From assembly GCA_963776275.1 (NCBI GenBank), contig CAVZMI010000023.1, forward strand, positions 448,001 to 512,000: DNA of 64,000 nt, in the 5' to 3' direction. The DNA comes from Ignavibacteriota bacterium (lineage in GTDB: Bacteria > Bacteroidota > Ignavibacteria > UBA10030 > CAVZMI01). The notes under the pieces were generated by a model. It saw nothing but the letters and a program-made list of their open reading frames with translations, was not told the origin of the DNA and did no database searches. Shown here one piece after another: positions 21,455 to 31,258 of this stretch (its first letter is position 1; every line of letters starts with the position of its first letter). Position numbers and translations under genes: made by a program.

Positions 21455-21910
21455 ATATGCCACCCTTACAGGATTCTATTTTCCCAAAAGCTATTTCTAT
21501 AAACATAACGCCCCTACGGGGTTTTGTAAATATTGAATTATGCCTACGACCTGTAGAGAATTACGACCTGTCCGCCGGAGCGGCTTGCCCACCGGAGTTA
21601 CACGAAGGCGGGAGCGAAGGCGGAGTCGAGAATGCAGAATGATTTGAATGACGACCCCAACGGGGTCGGATATTAGAGCGGCGGACGAAGTCCGCCGTTA
21701 TGGGGAGAAAAGAGATTTAGAACCCTGAAAGGGTGAGATATCAAAAAACACAAATGAGGTATTTTACCCTTACAGGGTAACATTATTTTTCTTTTTTTTG
21801 TTGGGGTTCGTGGTGAGTGAGTCCCGATTACTTGTCCCAAGCTTGTCGAGGGATATCGGGACGAGTCGAACCACAAGCCCCAACCTTCTCTATGTGACCC
21901 CTTTGGGGTC
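21455..21910. repeat. Dense cluster of REP-like short palindromes
   Basis: CCCCTACGGGG, GACCCCAACGGGGTC, GGCGGACGAAGTCCGCC, ACCCTGAAAGGGT, ACCCTTACAGGGT, CTTGTCCCAAGCTTGTCGAGGGA, GACCCCTTTGGGGTC. Confidence 0.7.
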
Positions 21911-21913
21911 ATC

Positions 21914-22218
21914 AGCCAGGTGACCGAGTTAGGTCGCCATAGAAAGAGCCATATCGAGGCAACCACAGAGAAGAGATTTTATAAAGTCCGGAATAGCCAG
22001 GTGACCGAGTTAGGTCGCCATAGAAAGAGCCATATCGAGGCAACCGCTTTAGAGTTGCCATTTTTTGAGGTTACCTCGATATGGCTATTGAATTTGCTAA
22101 TTGACTTGGTAACCTGGCTATTGCATTCTCATCCGGATATCAACAGCCAGGTGGCCGAGTTAAATTGCGATATATTAAGCCACCCTTCGATGTACTCAGG
22201 GTGAATATCGAGGCCACC
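21914..22218. repeat. Four copies of a 51-bp bipartite element (2 identical direct, 1 inverted, 1 with a 23-bp insertion)
   Basis: AGCCAGGTGACCGAGTT-N16-AGCCATATCGAGGCAACC at 21914-21964 and 21995-22045; inverted copy 22069-22119; interrupted copy 22145-22218. Confidence 0.85.
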
Positions 22219-22289
22219 GCTTTCCAAGAGAAAAATTTAAGAATAATCCGAGTTAGCCTAAGAGGATCAGAGGGATGGAGAGTTTTGGA

Positions 22290-22877
22290 TTATTTCATCT
22301 TCTGCACTTCCAAATAGCGATAGCAGTCGACGAGGTGATCGTTGACCATTCCAGCGGCCTGCATGAAAGAATAGCAGATCGTAGGCCCTACAAATGTAAA
22401 TCCCCTGCTCTTCATATCCCTGCTCATCGTTTCTGCCTCTCGTGATGTTGCCGGAAGCTGCGACAGTCTCCGGTATCGATGTACCAGCATTTTCCCATCC
22501 GTAAATTGCCAGATGTATGAGTCGAACGATCCGAATTCTTGCCGGACCTTCAAAAAATGCCGTGCGTTCGATATTGTAGCTTTGATCTTGAGGCGATTCC
22601 TCACGATGCCTGGATTTGCCAGAAGCCGTTGAACATCTTTTATTGTATACCGGGCAATTCGCGCCGGATCAAAATTGTGAAATGCTTTTCGAAAATTTTC
22701 CCGTTTCTTCAGCACTATTTCCCAGCTCAAGCCGGCCTGGACAGCATCGAGAATCATGAATTCGAAAAGTTTCCTGTCTTCATGAATCGGAACACCCCAC
22801 TCATGATCGTGATAGTCTATCATCAGGGGATTACTGGAAGTCCACCCGCACCTCTTTTTTCCATCAGAGAATACCAT
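22290..22877 (-). CDS. tag: DNA-3-methyladenine glycosylase I
   Basis: RCGW, YHDHEWG, QAGLSW, IVRNRLKI, FVGPTICYSFMQAAGMVNDHLVDC. Confidence 0.96.
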   Translation of the reverse strand: MVFSDGKKRCGWTSSNPLMIDYHDHEWGVPIHEDRKLFEFMILDAVQAGLSWEIVLKKRENFRKAFHNFDPARIARYTIKDVQRLLANPGIVRNRLKIKATISNARHFLKVRQEFGSFDSYIWQFTDGKMLVHRYRRLSQLPATSREAETMSRDMKSRGFTFVGPTICYSFMQAAGMVNDHLVDCYRYLEVQKMK

Positions 22878-22896
22878 TCTATTATTTCCATCAATT

Positions 22897-23444
22897 CTAC
22901 TGAAATAAAATCTTTACAATGAACAATGCCCCCAACGCCCCGGCAAGATCGGCCATGAGTCCGGCCGGAACGGCATGACGCGTAGTCTTGATATTTGCAG
23001 CACCAAAATAAACTGCGAGGACATAGAATGTTGTTTCTGAACTTCCATAAATCGTTGAGACCAGGACTCCAACGAACGAATCGGTCCGTAGGTTTTCATG
23101 ATGTCGGTCATTAAACCGAGTGATCCGCTTCCCGAGAGAGGTCGCATTAATACCATCGGCAATGCTTCCGCCGGCATACCGATGAGTCGTGTAACTGGAT
23201 CGAGCAGCATCACCAGAAAATCGAGCGCCCCGCTTGCACGAAATATTCCGATGGCAACGAGCATACCGACTAAATACGGAATGATCCGCAGTGCAACGTT
23301 GAAACCTTCTTTTGCCCCGTCGATAAACACATCATAGACTTTCACCCGCTTGAAAAATGCATAGAGAAGGAATACAACTATGATGAGTGGAATTGCAAGG
23401 GCCGCAACAAGACCGATAATGGAACGGAAGAGATCGACCATCAC
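22897..23444 (-). CDS. spmB: SpmB-like nucleoside-recognition (Gate) membrane protein; -1 frameshift at ~23082
   Basis: VYDVFIDGAKEG, RPLSGSGS; second frame continues DSFVG...GSSETTFYVLAVYFGA...TRHA to TAG at 22897. Confidence 0.88.
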
Positions 23445-24502
23445 TTTATCCCCCCTTCATCTTTTATTGTTATTTCCCGGAATGCTTTTTCCTCTTCTTC
23501 GGTGAGTTCGATCTGCTTCCGAAATACCGGAAGACGCTGGAGTAATTTCGCCGTTGCAATGCCAACAATGGTTGCACACGACGCACCGAAGATCGACGTA
23601 CCAATAATCACCGCCGGGTTGGCCGAGCCTATGCCGACACGAATTGCCAGTGCGGTCGCAGGAATCAGTGTCAGCCCCCCCGTGTTGATTGCTAAAAACG
23701 TTACCATTGCATTTGTGGCAACGCCCTTCTTTCGATTTAAGGTATTCAACTCATCCATCGCTTTCAAGCCAAACGGTGTAGCGGCGTTGCTCAGCCCCAA
23801 CATATTCGCGGCAATATTCATGACCATCGCAGCCATCGCCGGATGGTTTTCAGGAACATCCGGAAAGAGGCGCGTCATAATCGGAGAAAGCCCCCGTGTT
23901 ATTAACCCGGCGAGACCGGCTACCTCTGCGACTTTCATAATGCCAAGCCATAGTGCCATGACGCCGACCAGCCCAAGAGCAATCGTTACGGCAATATTTG
24001 CGTATTCTAAAACCGCCTGAGTCACCGCGCGAATCCTTACCAGGGTTATAGATTCAAAAACAATAGACGCCTGATGTCCTGTCCCCCCGCCGGAATGTAG
24101 TACAATTTTTCCGTTCAATTTGTCTTTTACACCGGCAGCCTTTGCCATTTTCTGCCACCATAGGTGAGATTTTTCCGAGAGAAGAAGCTGGAATGTACCG
24201 GTCCCATCTCCCATTAAGGTGACAGACGCCGGTTGTATAATAAAAGTTGTATCATCCCGACCTGGTTGAGGCCCGGATGCCGAGGAGAGACGATAAAAAT
24301 CCGAAAAACGAGTGAAGGGAAGAATAATAAGACAAGGTCGTGATTGACAGGGTTGTGCAAGCGTATCGTGATCGGTAAATCGGACAGCCACTTCGAGAGC
24401 TTCACCGTTCCGGTATGTGTTCCGGACTTGATCGTTGATATCGCTGCCAACTGCAACTGCAATTCCCAGAACGATGAGTCCGATCCAGATGTAGTTTAAC
24501 AT
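23441..24502 (-). CDS. spmA: SpmA-like nucleoside-recognition (Gate) membrane protein
   Basis: MLNYIW, LWLGIMKVAE, LFPDVP..HPA, ANMLGLSNAATPFGLKAM. Confidence 0.9.
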   Translation of the reverse strand: MLNYIWIGLIVLGIAVAVGSDINDQVRNTYRNGEALEVAVRFTDHDTLAQPCQSRPCLIILPFTRFSDFYRLSSASGPQPGRDDTTFIIQPASVTLMGDGTGTFQLLLSEKSHLWWQKMAKAAGVKDKLNGKIVLHSGGGTGHQASIVFESITLVRIRAVTQAVLEYANIAVTIALGLVGVMALWLGIMKVAEVAGLAGLITRGLSPIMTRLFPDVPENHPAMAAMVMNIAANMLGLSNAATPFGLKAMDELNTLNRKKGVATNAMVTFLAINTGGLTLIPATALAIRVGIGSANPAVIIGTSIFGASCATIVGIATAKLLQRLPVFRKQIELTEEEEKAFREITIKDEGGIK

Positions 24503-24539
24503 TGTCTCACCCTGTTTTTTCCTACTCTTGCGCCAAGGG

Positions 24540-24699
24540 TCGTCAGACTTCGACGAACTCTGTCGAGCGCATAAGCCTATGGTTTAGTGTTCTTATACCC
24601 GACAGCCGTGGAAGAGTCCTCTGTGTTCTCTGTGGTAATCTTTAACAAAGATAAAATATAACCACAGAGGTCACAAAGGAAAAAATGAGAACACAGAGT
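24540..24699. repeat. REP-like palindromes and CTCTGTG/CACAGAG inverted arms
   Basis: TCGACGAACTCTGTCGA; CTCTGTGTTCTCTGTGGT ... ACCACAGAGG ... GAGAACACAGAG. Confidence 0.5.
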
Positions 24700-25290
24700 T
24701 TAAAAAGAAACCTTGAAGTTGATTGCTATTCCTGTCGGCTGTGGAAATGGCTGCAGCATCACCTTCGAATTTTTATTAAAATCGAACAAGCTTGCATCGA
24801 CGAACGCATCGAGAATGTTGATAGCATATAAAAGGCCGAGATACCAGGCAAAACCATCGCGCTCGTCGCGGTAAAACTCACGAATGGTCAGCAGGCGGCT
24901 GTTTCCATTTCGTTGAGTCGGAGTGATACTTGCGTTATATTGATCGCGGTAATCACGATAGAGGTTATCGGTCTGGATCCATTCATATACGAACCATCCG
25001 CCGATTCCGAGTATAACCGGAGTTTTCCAGTATGATTCGTTATATATCTGACCGGCACCGGGAAGAACAGCCGAGAGCCCCATTGCAAGAATCGTCGATT
25101 TTGTCTGATGATAGGGTGCAGAGAGCGAATCTTCCACTCCAGACACTTTCACCGTATCACCCTGAATATAAGGAGATGTGAGAGAAATAAGGGGAGAACG
25201 GAACGTCGCCTTCTCGACTGTGTCTTGTGCGCTGAGCGGAGCGGCACCAGTCAGAAATATCACAAGCGCTATAGGGATTATTTTCCTCAT
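24700..25290 (-). CDS. DUF5683-family exported/membrane protein
   Basis: SAVLPGAGQIYN..YWK.P and NILDAFVDASL motifs; usual position downstream of parB in FCB bacteria. Confidence 0.8.
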   Translation of the reverse strand: MRKIIPIALVIFLTGAAPLSAQDTVEKATFRSPLISLTSPYIQGDTVKVSGVEDSLSAPYHQTKSTILAMGLSAVLPGAGQIYNESYWKTPVILGIGGWFVYEWIQTDNLYRDYRDQYNASITPTQRNGNSRLLTIREFYRDERDGFAWYLGLLYAINILDAFVDASLFDFNKNSKVMLQPFPQPTGIAINFKVSF

Positions 25291-25293
25291 AGA

Positions 25294-25677
25294 TTAGAGG
25301 ACGGCAATGACCTCAATTTCGACGCTGACATCCCGGGGAAGCCGTACAACCTGGATGGCACTCCGTGCCGGGCTGTTCGTCCCAAAATATTCTCCGTACA
25401 CTTCATTCATCGCTGTAAAATCTTTCATGTCTGTCAAGAACACCGTTGTTTTTACCACGTTGGCATATGAAGCTCCGGCTTCATGGAGTATCGTACCGAT
25501 ATTTTCACAGACCTGGCGTGTCTGGGCCTTGATATCTCCGATAATGACGGCATTTGTCGCCGGATCGATCGGAATCTGACCGGCGAGAAAAAGCATCTTC
25601 CCCGATGCTTCTATTGCCTGATTGTAAGGCCCGATCGGAAGTGGCGCCTTCGGTGTTTTAATGACAATTTTTCCCAT
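25294..25677 (-). CDS. ridA: RidA/YjgF enamine deaminase
   Basis: [39 protein letters not shown]. Confidence 0.95.
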   Translation of the reverse strand: MGKIVIKTPKAPLPIGPYNQAIEASGKMLFLAGQIPIDPATNAVIIGDIKAQTRQVCENIGTILHEAGASYANVVKTTVFLTDMKDFTAMNEVYGEYFGTNSPARSAIQVVRLPRDVSVEIEVIAVL

Positions 25678-25679
25678 AC

Positions 25680-26603
25680 TTATATATTTCTTTTTTCAAG
25701 ATCGGAAATGAGCTCGACAATCCTTTCGAGATCATCCTGAGAATAATATTCTATCGTGATTTCCCCTTTTCCTGTCGGGTGAGATTTGATCTGGACTTTA
25801 GTACCCAGAGCATGACGAAGCCGTGATTCCATATTCCTGATTCCACCATCGGCCGGTGAAAGTGTGGCGGGTGTCCCTTTCCGTGGAACCGGTATTTTAT
25901 TTCCGATCGTGCGAACAAGTTCTTCCACTCTTCTTACCGACAATCCCTGCCGGGTGATGCGATGCCAGATCTTCAATTGTACGGCTTCGTTTGGTAATGC
26001 AATGAGCGCGCGGGCATGTCCCATACTGATCTCTTCTCGCCGGAGACTCAATTGAACTTGGGCGGGAAGTTTTAATAGTCTCAGAAAATTAGTTACCGTT
26101 GTCCGGTCTTTCCCTATTTTTTGGGCAACAAGTTCCTGTGTGAGATCACATTCATCAATCAACCGCTGATAGGAGATCGCCACTTCAATCGGATTCAGGT
26201 GCTCACGCTGGAGGTTTTCGACCAGCGCCAGCTCGAGCATTTCTTCATCTCTTTTTACTTCGACGATATAGGCGGGGATCGTTTTCAGTCCGATCTCCTG
26301 AGATGCACGTACACGCCGTTCACCCGAAATAAGACCATAATTACCGTCAGCTGTCCGACGTACGGTAATCGGTTGTATGACTCCTTTCTCGCGGATCGAG
26401 CGTTTCAAATCCTCTTGCGCTTCAACATTGAAATCCAATCGAGGTTGAAACGGGTTGGGCTTGATGCGATCAAGTTCAATGCTTGCAATGATGTTTGTCT
26501 GTTCTGAATCATCCCTGCGTACTTCAGGCGCGGTACGCGGTTCTTCGGGTGTCGATCGCTGGAGTAAAGCACTCAATCCCTTTCCTAAGACCGTTTTGCT
26601 CAT
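25680..26603 (-). CDS. parB: Chromosome partitioning protein ParB
   Basis: LGKGLSAL N-terminus, NPFQPR, GERRVRA CTP-binding box, ENLQRE, HTH. Confidence 0.96.
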   Translation of the reverse strand: MSKTVLGKGLSALLQRSTPEEPRTAPEVRRDDSEQTNIIASIELDRIKPNPFQPRLDFNVEAQEDLKRSIREKGVIQPITVRRTADGNYGLISGERRVRASQEIGLKTIPAYIVEVKRDEEMLELALVENLQREHLNPIEVAISYQRLIDECDLTQELVAQKIGKDRTTVTNFLRLLKLPAQVQLSLRREEISMGHARALIALPNEAVQLKIWHRITRQGLSVRRVEELVRTIGNKIPVPRKGTPATLSPADGGIRNMESRLRHALGTKVQIKSHPTGKGEITIEYYSQDDLERIVELISDLEKRNI

Positions 26604-27403
26604 AGAGTATGCTGTTCTCCGATCTTCGTTTGGGTAAGATGATTGTTATGAGTGAGAATTTCTTTCGCGAGCTCCATATAATTTCTGGTACCGCTTGAGA
26701 CCGCATCATAAAGAATAATCGGCTTTCCAAAACTCGGAGCTTCGCTCAAGCGGACATTCCGATTGATAATCGTATGAAAAACCTTTTCACCAAAATATTT
26801 CTTCACTTCCTCCACAATTTGATTCGAGAGACGTAATCGACTGTCGAACATAGTCATGAGAACACCCTCGATTGCCAACGAAGGATTTAATCCCTTTTTT
26901 ATGATATTGATAGTATTGAGAAGCTGACTGAGACCTTCCAGCGCGTAATATTCACATTGAACGGGGATTAGAACGGTATCAGCAGACGTCAATGCATTAA
27001 GCGTAAGAAGTCCAAGAGAAGGCGGACAATCAATAATAATATATTTATAGGTATTACGGACCTTTTCGAGGGCATGCCTGAGCAGAAGTTCGCGTTCGGG
27101 TAATTCTACAAATTCGACCTCTGCGCCGACGAGATTCACATTTGATGGGAGAACCGAAAGGTATGGGACGGCAGTCTCAACAATAACATTCGCGGGTTCT
27201 TCCCCGCCGAGAAGGACTTCATATATCGATTTTCCATCGTTTTTTTTATCGATCCCCACGCCGCTTGTGGCATTCGCCTGCGGATCAATATCGACAAGTA
27301 AAGTAGAAAATTCCGCTACGGAAAGGCACGCGGCAAGGTTGACCGCTGTCGTCGTTTTCCCAACTCCTCCTTTTTGGTTCGTTATTGTTATAATCTTCCC
27401 CAA
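26600..27403 (-). CDS. parA: Chromosome partitioning ATPase ParA/Soj
   Basis: [43 protein letters not shown]; start taken at TTG 27403 after GGAG. Confidence 0.96.
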   Translation of the reverse strand: MGKIITITNQKGGVGKTTTAVNLAACLSVAEFSTLLVDIDPQANATSGVGIDKKNDGKSIYEVLLGGEEPANVIVETAVPYLSVLPSNVNLVGAEVEFVELPERELLLRHALEKVRNTYKYIIIDCPPSLGLLTLNALTSADTVLIPVQCEYYALEGLSQLLNTINIIKKGLNPSLAIEGVLMTMFDSRLRLSNQIVEEVKKYFGEKVFHTIINRNVRLSEAPSFGKPIILYDAVSSGTRNYMELAKEILTHNNHLTQTKIGEQHTL

Positions 27404-27603
27404 TACGGACTCCAACAAAATTTCACCATAGTTAAACCGACGGTAATTATCATTTCTCCCCACCAAGGAAAAATCAGACATGTATCGCTCAGCCGGTATA
27501 ATCTGGAGTGGTGGGACCTTTTATGAATCCTCCGCAGAGATGGCGTGAAACCGTGTGAAACAAATATAAATCAATTTTTAAGGGATTGCAATCAAAATAT
27601 TAG

Positions 27604-27737
27604 TTATCAACAGCTTATCAACGACTTTTTTAAAGGTTAATTTCGAAACCACAAATACTAATTTTTATTCTAAAGACGATGAAATTTGCTGTCCCTGAGA
27701 ACTGGTAATTATCAACACCCTTCACCAGTTATCCACA
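27604..27737 (+). promoter_or_regulatory. DnaA-box cluster (candidate oriC or DnaA-controlled parAB promoter)
   Basis: TTATCAACA 27604, TTATCAACG 27615, TTATCAACA 27709, perfect TTATCCACA 27729 in an AT-rich intergenic region upstream of parA. Confidence 0.6.
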
Positions 27738-27826
27738 TCATACCGTCTTCAAAATAATACAGGAGGAGTTAAATTCTACTTGTCCTATTTGACGGTTGAC
27801 TTAGAATTATAGCCCGTTATTGGCAA

Positions 27827-28447
27827 TCATGCTCCAACCAGCACCACGATTAATTCTCTGGTTCCGTGCATCCCTTTAACGAGGATTTTTTCAATATCTG
27901 CCGTACGGCTTGGTCCGGTAATAAACGTCAACGAGCTTGCTTTATGCATCCAATCAACATCAGATTTCTGAAGATGGGCAAAATATTCTTCAAGCGTCGA
28001 AACGCATTGCCCCGGACGTGCGATGACACAATGCGTCCGTGTAACAAGCGACAAGACTTTCTTTTTATTCTCGCCTCCCGATAGAATGACGGTCCCGGTC
28101 TCGGCAATAAGTGCATCACAAGTCGTTATTCCTCCCTCACTCTGAACAGGCTCTCCCTCAAGAGAAAAACCTTCGTACGGGATATCATGAAGATACGGCG
28201 TCGATTCCACACAGACTCGATCCAACGTTGAAAATATTTGAGACAGAATTACCGGCAATTCTTTTTTTGTACAACGGACCATCCTTCCACCGACTTTTTC
28301 AAGCGCATCGTTGAATTGTTTATGCAGCATTTCATACGACTCGGGATTCGACTGTTGCAGCGATTTTTCTCTTTCGATTGTTTCATAATCCACCGCAGTG
28401 AGATTCCGACGGATCCGGCTTATAATATTTTCACGTGTTGAGTTCAT
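27827..28447 (-). CDS. lutC: Lactate utilization protein C (LUD domain)
   Basis: IAETGTV, ITGPSRTADIE..LV.GMHG. Confidence 0.92.
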   Translation of the reverse strand: MNSTRENIISRIRRNLTAVDYETIEREKSLQQSNPESYEMLHKQFNDALEKVGGRMVRCTKKELPVILSQIFSTLDRVCVESTPYLHDIPYEGFSLEGEPVQSEGGITTCDALIAETGTVILSGGENKKKVLSLVTRTHCVIARPGQCVSTLEEYFAHLQKSDVDWMHKASSLTFITGPSRTADIEKILVKGMHGTRELIVVLVGA

Positions 28448-28453
28448 TGATTT

Positions 28454-29854
28454 TTAATCATTCTTTATTTGTTGACTTTCCCACCATTCATGAAACGATT
28501 CGTTCGCTGGTAGGGGGAAATCGCGCGTCACCGACCACGCCGGAACAGACAGCGACCCTTTTCTTTTCCATAACCGTGCGATAATGCGTGAAGATCGAAG
28601 TGCCAGACGGTAGAGAAACTCGCTCATCATGACAGTTTTCCACACCGAAAAGACAAATCGCTCAACGAGAGGAGACAGGCGTTTTTCAATTACCCGACTT
28701 CGCTGATAGAGGAGAAGATGGTGTATATTAATTTTCACGGGACAGATTTCAGAACAGCTCCCGCAGAGCGATGAGGCGAACGGAAGCGACGTTGCCTGTT
28801 CAATCGGATATAATGATGGAGTGAGAATCGATCCGATCGGTCCGGTATATACCGAACCATATGCATGTCCGCCGACATTCTGAAACACCGGACATGTATT
28901 TGAACAGGCGCCGCACCTGATGCAGTACAACACCTCGCGCATGACAGAATCGCCTACTATCGCACTCCGGTTGTTATCCACCAGAATAACTATTATCTCA
29001 TCCGGTCCATTTGTATCTTGAGACTTTCGAGGCGATTGAATTACCGAAACGTAGCTCGTCATTAGCTGACCTGTGGCGCTCCGCGGCAATAGTTTCAAAA
29101 ACAGCGGAAGATCCGAAATCGCCGGAAGGATTTTTTCTATCCCGGTGATGACGATGTGCGTTTTCGGTAATGTCGTCACGAAGCGTGCGTTTCCTTCATT
29201 TTCAATAATGACAATCGAGCCTGTATCAGCAATAAGGAAATTCGCTCCCGAGATTCCCATTTGAGCCGAAAAAAATTTTTCTCGCAGGATCTTCCTCGCA
29301 ATTCCTGTCAGCTCGCCGGGATCATCTGTGTATTCCGTGTTGAGTTTTGATGAAAAAAGCTCCCCTATTTGCGATCGCGAGAGATGGAGCGCCGGTGCCG
29401 TAATATGCGACGGCGGCTCGTCGTTCAATTGTACAATATATTCACCCAGATCAGTCTCGACAACTTCAATGTTCTGCTTTTCGAGATATTTATTCAGTCC
29501 GATTTCCTCAGTAACCATAGACTTAGATTTTACAACAAGCCGGGCATTTCTTTTTCGTGCTATCAGCGCAACAAGCTCATTTGCTTCATCGGCGGTCTCG
29601 GCCCAGAGTACTTTTACACCGTGCGACACTGCATTGCGTTCGAACTCCTCCAGATATTGTGCAAGATGTCCTATCACATGGCGCTTGACGGAATATGCAC
29701 GATTTCGAAGCTCTTCCCAATTTGTCATTTCATCGACTACCGCAGCACGGGCGGCCAAAGCGTAATGTGTCGCGTTGAGCAGGTTCTTCCGAAGCTGTTT
29801 ATCGTGAAGCTTCTCTTTCGAATCCACTTTGAATTTGTTCACGTTCAGATGCAT
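28454..29854 (-). CDS. lutB: Lactate utilization Fe-S protein B
   Basis: VKSKSMVTEEI, ETDLGEYI, CIRCGACSNTCPV, SSLCGSCSEICPV. Confidence 0.95.
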   Translation of the reverse strand: MHLNVNKFKVDSKEKLHDKQLRKNLLNATHYALAARAAVVDEMTNWEELRNRAYSVKRHVIGHLAQYLEEFERNAVSHGVKVLWAETADEANELVALIARKRNARLVVKSKSMVTEEIGLNKYLEKQNIEVVETDLGEYIVQLNDEPPSHITAPALHLSRSQIGELFSSKLNTEYTDDPGELTGIARKILREKFFSAQMGISGANFLIADTGSIVIIENEGNARFVTTLPKTHIVITGIEKILPAISDLPLFLKLLPRSATGQLMTSYVSVIQSPRKSQDTNGPDEIIVILVDNNRSAIVGDSVMREVLYCIRCGACSNTCPVFQNVGGHAYGSVYTGPIGSILTPSLYPIEQATSLPFASSLCGSCSEICPVKINIHHLLLYQRSRVIEKRLSPLVERFVFSVWKTVMMSEFLYRLALRSSRIIARLWKRKGSLSVPAWSVTRDFPLPANESFHEWWESQQIKND

Positions 29855-29857
29855 GGT

Positions 29858-30571
29858 TTATTGTCGCGCAAGAATTTCGGTCAGATGAATTGATTTTACC
29901 CTACTACTATGCCGGCGGAGATACCCCTCGATGTTCATCAGGCAACTCGAGTCATTAGCTACGACATACCGCGCACCACTCTTTTCAATAGCAGCGACTT
30001 TTTGTTCGACCATTACCGTCGAAAGTTCCGGAAACTTCACTGCAAATGTCCCCCCGAAACCACAGCAGCGTGTACTGTCTTCCATTTCAACGAATTCGAG
30101 TCCCTTAACATTCCGCAGCAGAATCCGCGGTTCATCTTTTATACCAAGTTCGTGAAGTAGATGACATGCATCATGATAAGTAACCCTTTCCTCAAATCGG
30201 GCTCCGACATCGTAGATTTTGAGAATTTTTACCAGAAATTCCGAAAACTCGAACGTACGTGCGCATAATGCTTTCTGATCTTCGCTCAGTCCCCCTTCGA
30301 AAAGCTCATTGTAAAGATTCCGAACCATTCCGACACATGAACCGGAAGGAGCGACAATATACTGACTCCGGTCAAAGACCTTCATCCACCGGGCGGCTAC
30401 AGCGCGAGCATCGTGACGGTATCCAGTGTTCATCGCCGGTTGCCCGCAACAGGTTTGTGATGTTCTATAGTCGACCTCCACGCCTATACGCCGTAAGATT
30501 TCAACCATAGCAATTCCCGTGGCAGGGTAAAAAGAATCGACCAGACAGGGTATGAATAGTGTGACGCGCAT
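29858..30571 (-). CDS. lutA: Lactate utilization protein A (CCG domains)
   Basis: QTCCGQP, PSGSC, YHDACH, CCGFGGTF. Confidence 0.95.
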   Translation of the reverse strand: MRVTLFIPCLVDSFYPATGIAMVEILRRIGVEVDYRTSQTCCGQPAMNTGYRHDARAVAARWMKVFDRSQYIVAPSGSCVGMVRNLYNELFEGGLSEDQKALCARTFEFSEFLVKILKIYDVGARFEERVTYHDACHLLHELGIKDEPRILLRNVKGLEFVEMEDSTRCCGFGGTFAVKFPELSTVMVEQKVAAIEKSGARYVVANDSSCLMNIEGYLRRHSSRVKSIHLTEILARQ

Positions 30572-30599
30572 GAGAGATTAAAAAGAAAAAGCTTTGTCG

Positions 30600-31157
30600 T
30601 TATTTAGACGCTTTTCTGTCAAAGCCGGCTTCCTCACGATATTTTTGATAGCAGTCAGGACATAGTCCATGAGAAAACTGCGCCTGGGTATGTGTCGCGA
30701 TATATTCCCCAACCTGTTTCCAATATTCTTCGTCATCACGAATTTTTTTGCATCTCGCGCAAATGGGGATTAGCCCCCATAATGTCTACACATTACTGAG
30801 AGCGTCTTTGAGTTCTTTTGAAAGTGACCGTTCTTTTACAAGCAATTGATAGTATGAGATCGAGAACGAGAGAAAAGCCAGCAGTCGTATTCCCGTGTTC
30901 CAATACCCATAGAGAATGTGGCTGTATTGACGGCCGGAATATTGGTCGGAGATAAACCAGACAATCGCGCTCAAAAAAGAAATACTGATGGAGTACCTTA
31001 GACCCAGCAGCCGGGCGGCCAAGGCAACAGGAATGAAATAAAAAATAAAAAATCCGAATTCCCACCCGGTTAAATTATCCACAACACCGAGGGCGAGTAC
31101 ACTCATAAAGATGACAATAAATATTATGATGCGTCGTATAGAATTTTTCTCAATCAT
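30600..31157 (-). pseudogene. DUF4118-like membrane sensor with C-terminal Cys-rich PICxxCKKIRDD domain, interrupted by an in-frame TAG at 30786-30788
   Basis: 4-TM N-terminus (FYFIPV); past the TAG the same frame reads TLWGLIPICARCKKIRDDEEYW...SHGLCPDC to TAA at 30600. Confidence 0.7.
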
Positions 31158-31258
31158 ATCCTTACCCTCTCTTGCCTAAAAGAATGCCTGGCAACATCAT
31201 AGTAAGAAGTCGGCTGAACCATTGTTTCATGGCATCTCATGGAGAAAATCGATTATCA

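Noticed and set aside
21914-22045. CRISPR array (51-bp repeat, 30-bp spacer)
   Set aside because: Only two direct copies. Further copies are inverted or internally variable, there are no GTT...AAC-type ends, and no cas genes are in the window.
21457-22204. ORFs 21457-21642, 21673-21966 and 21920-22204
   Set aside because: They run through palindromic and direct repeats; the peptide repeats simply mirror the DNA repeats.
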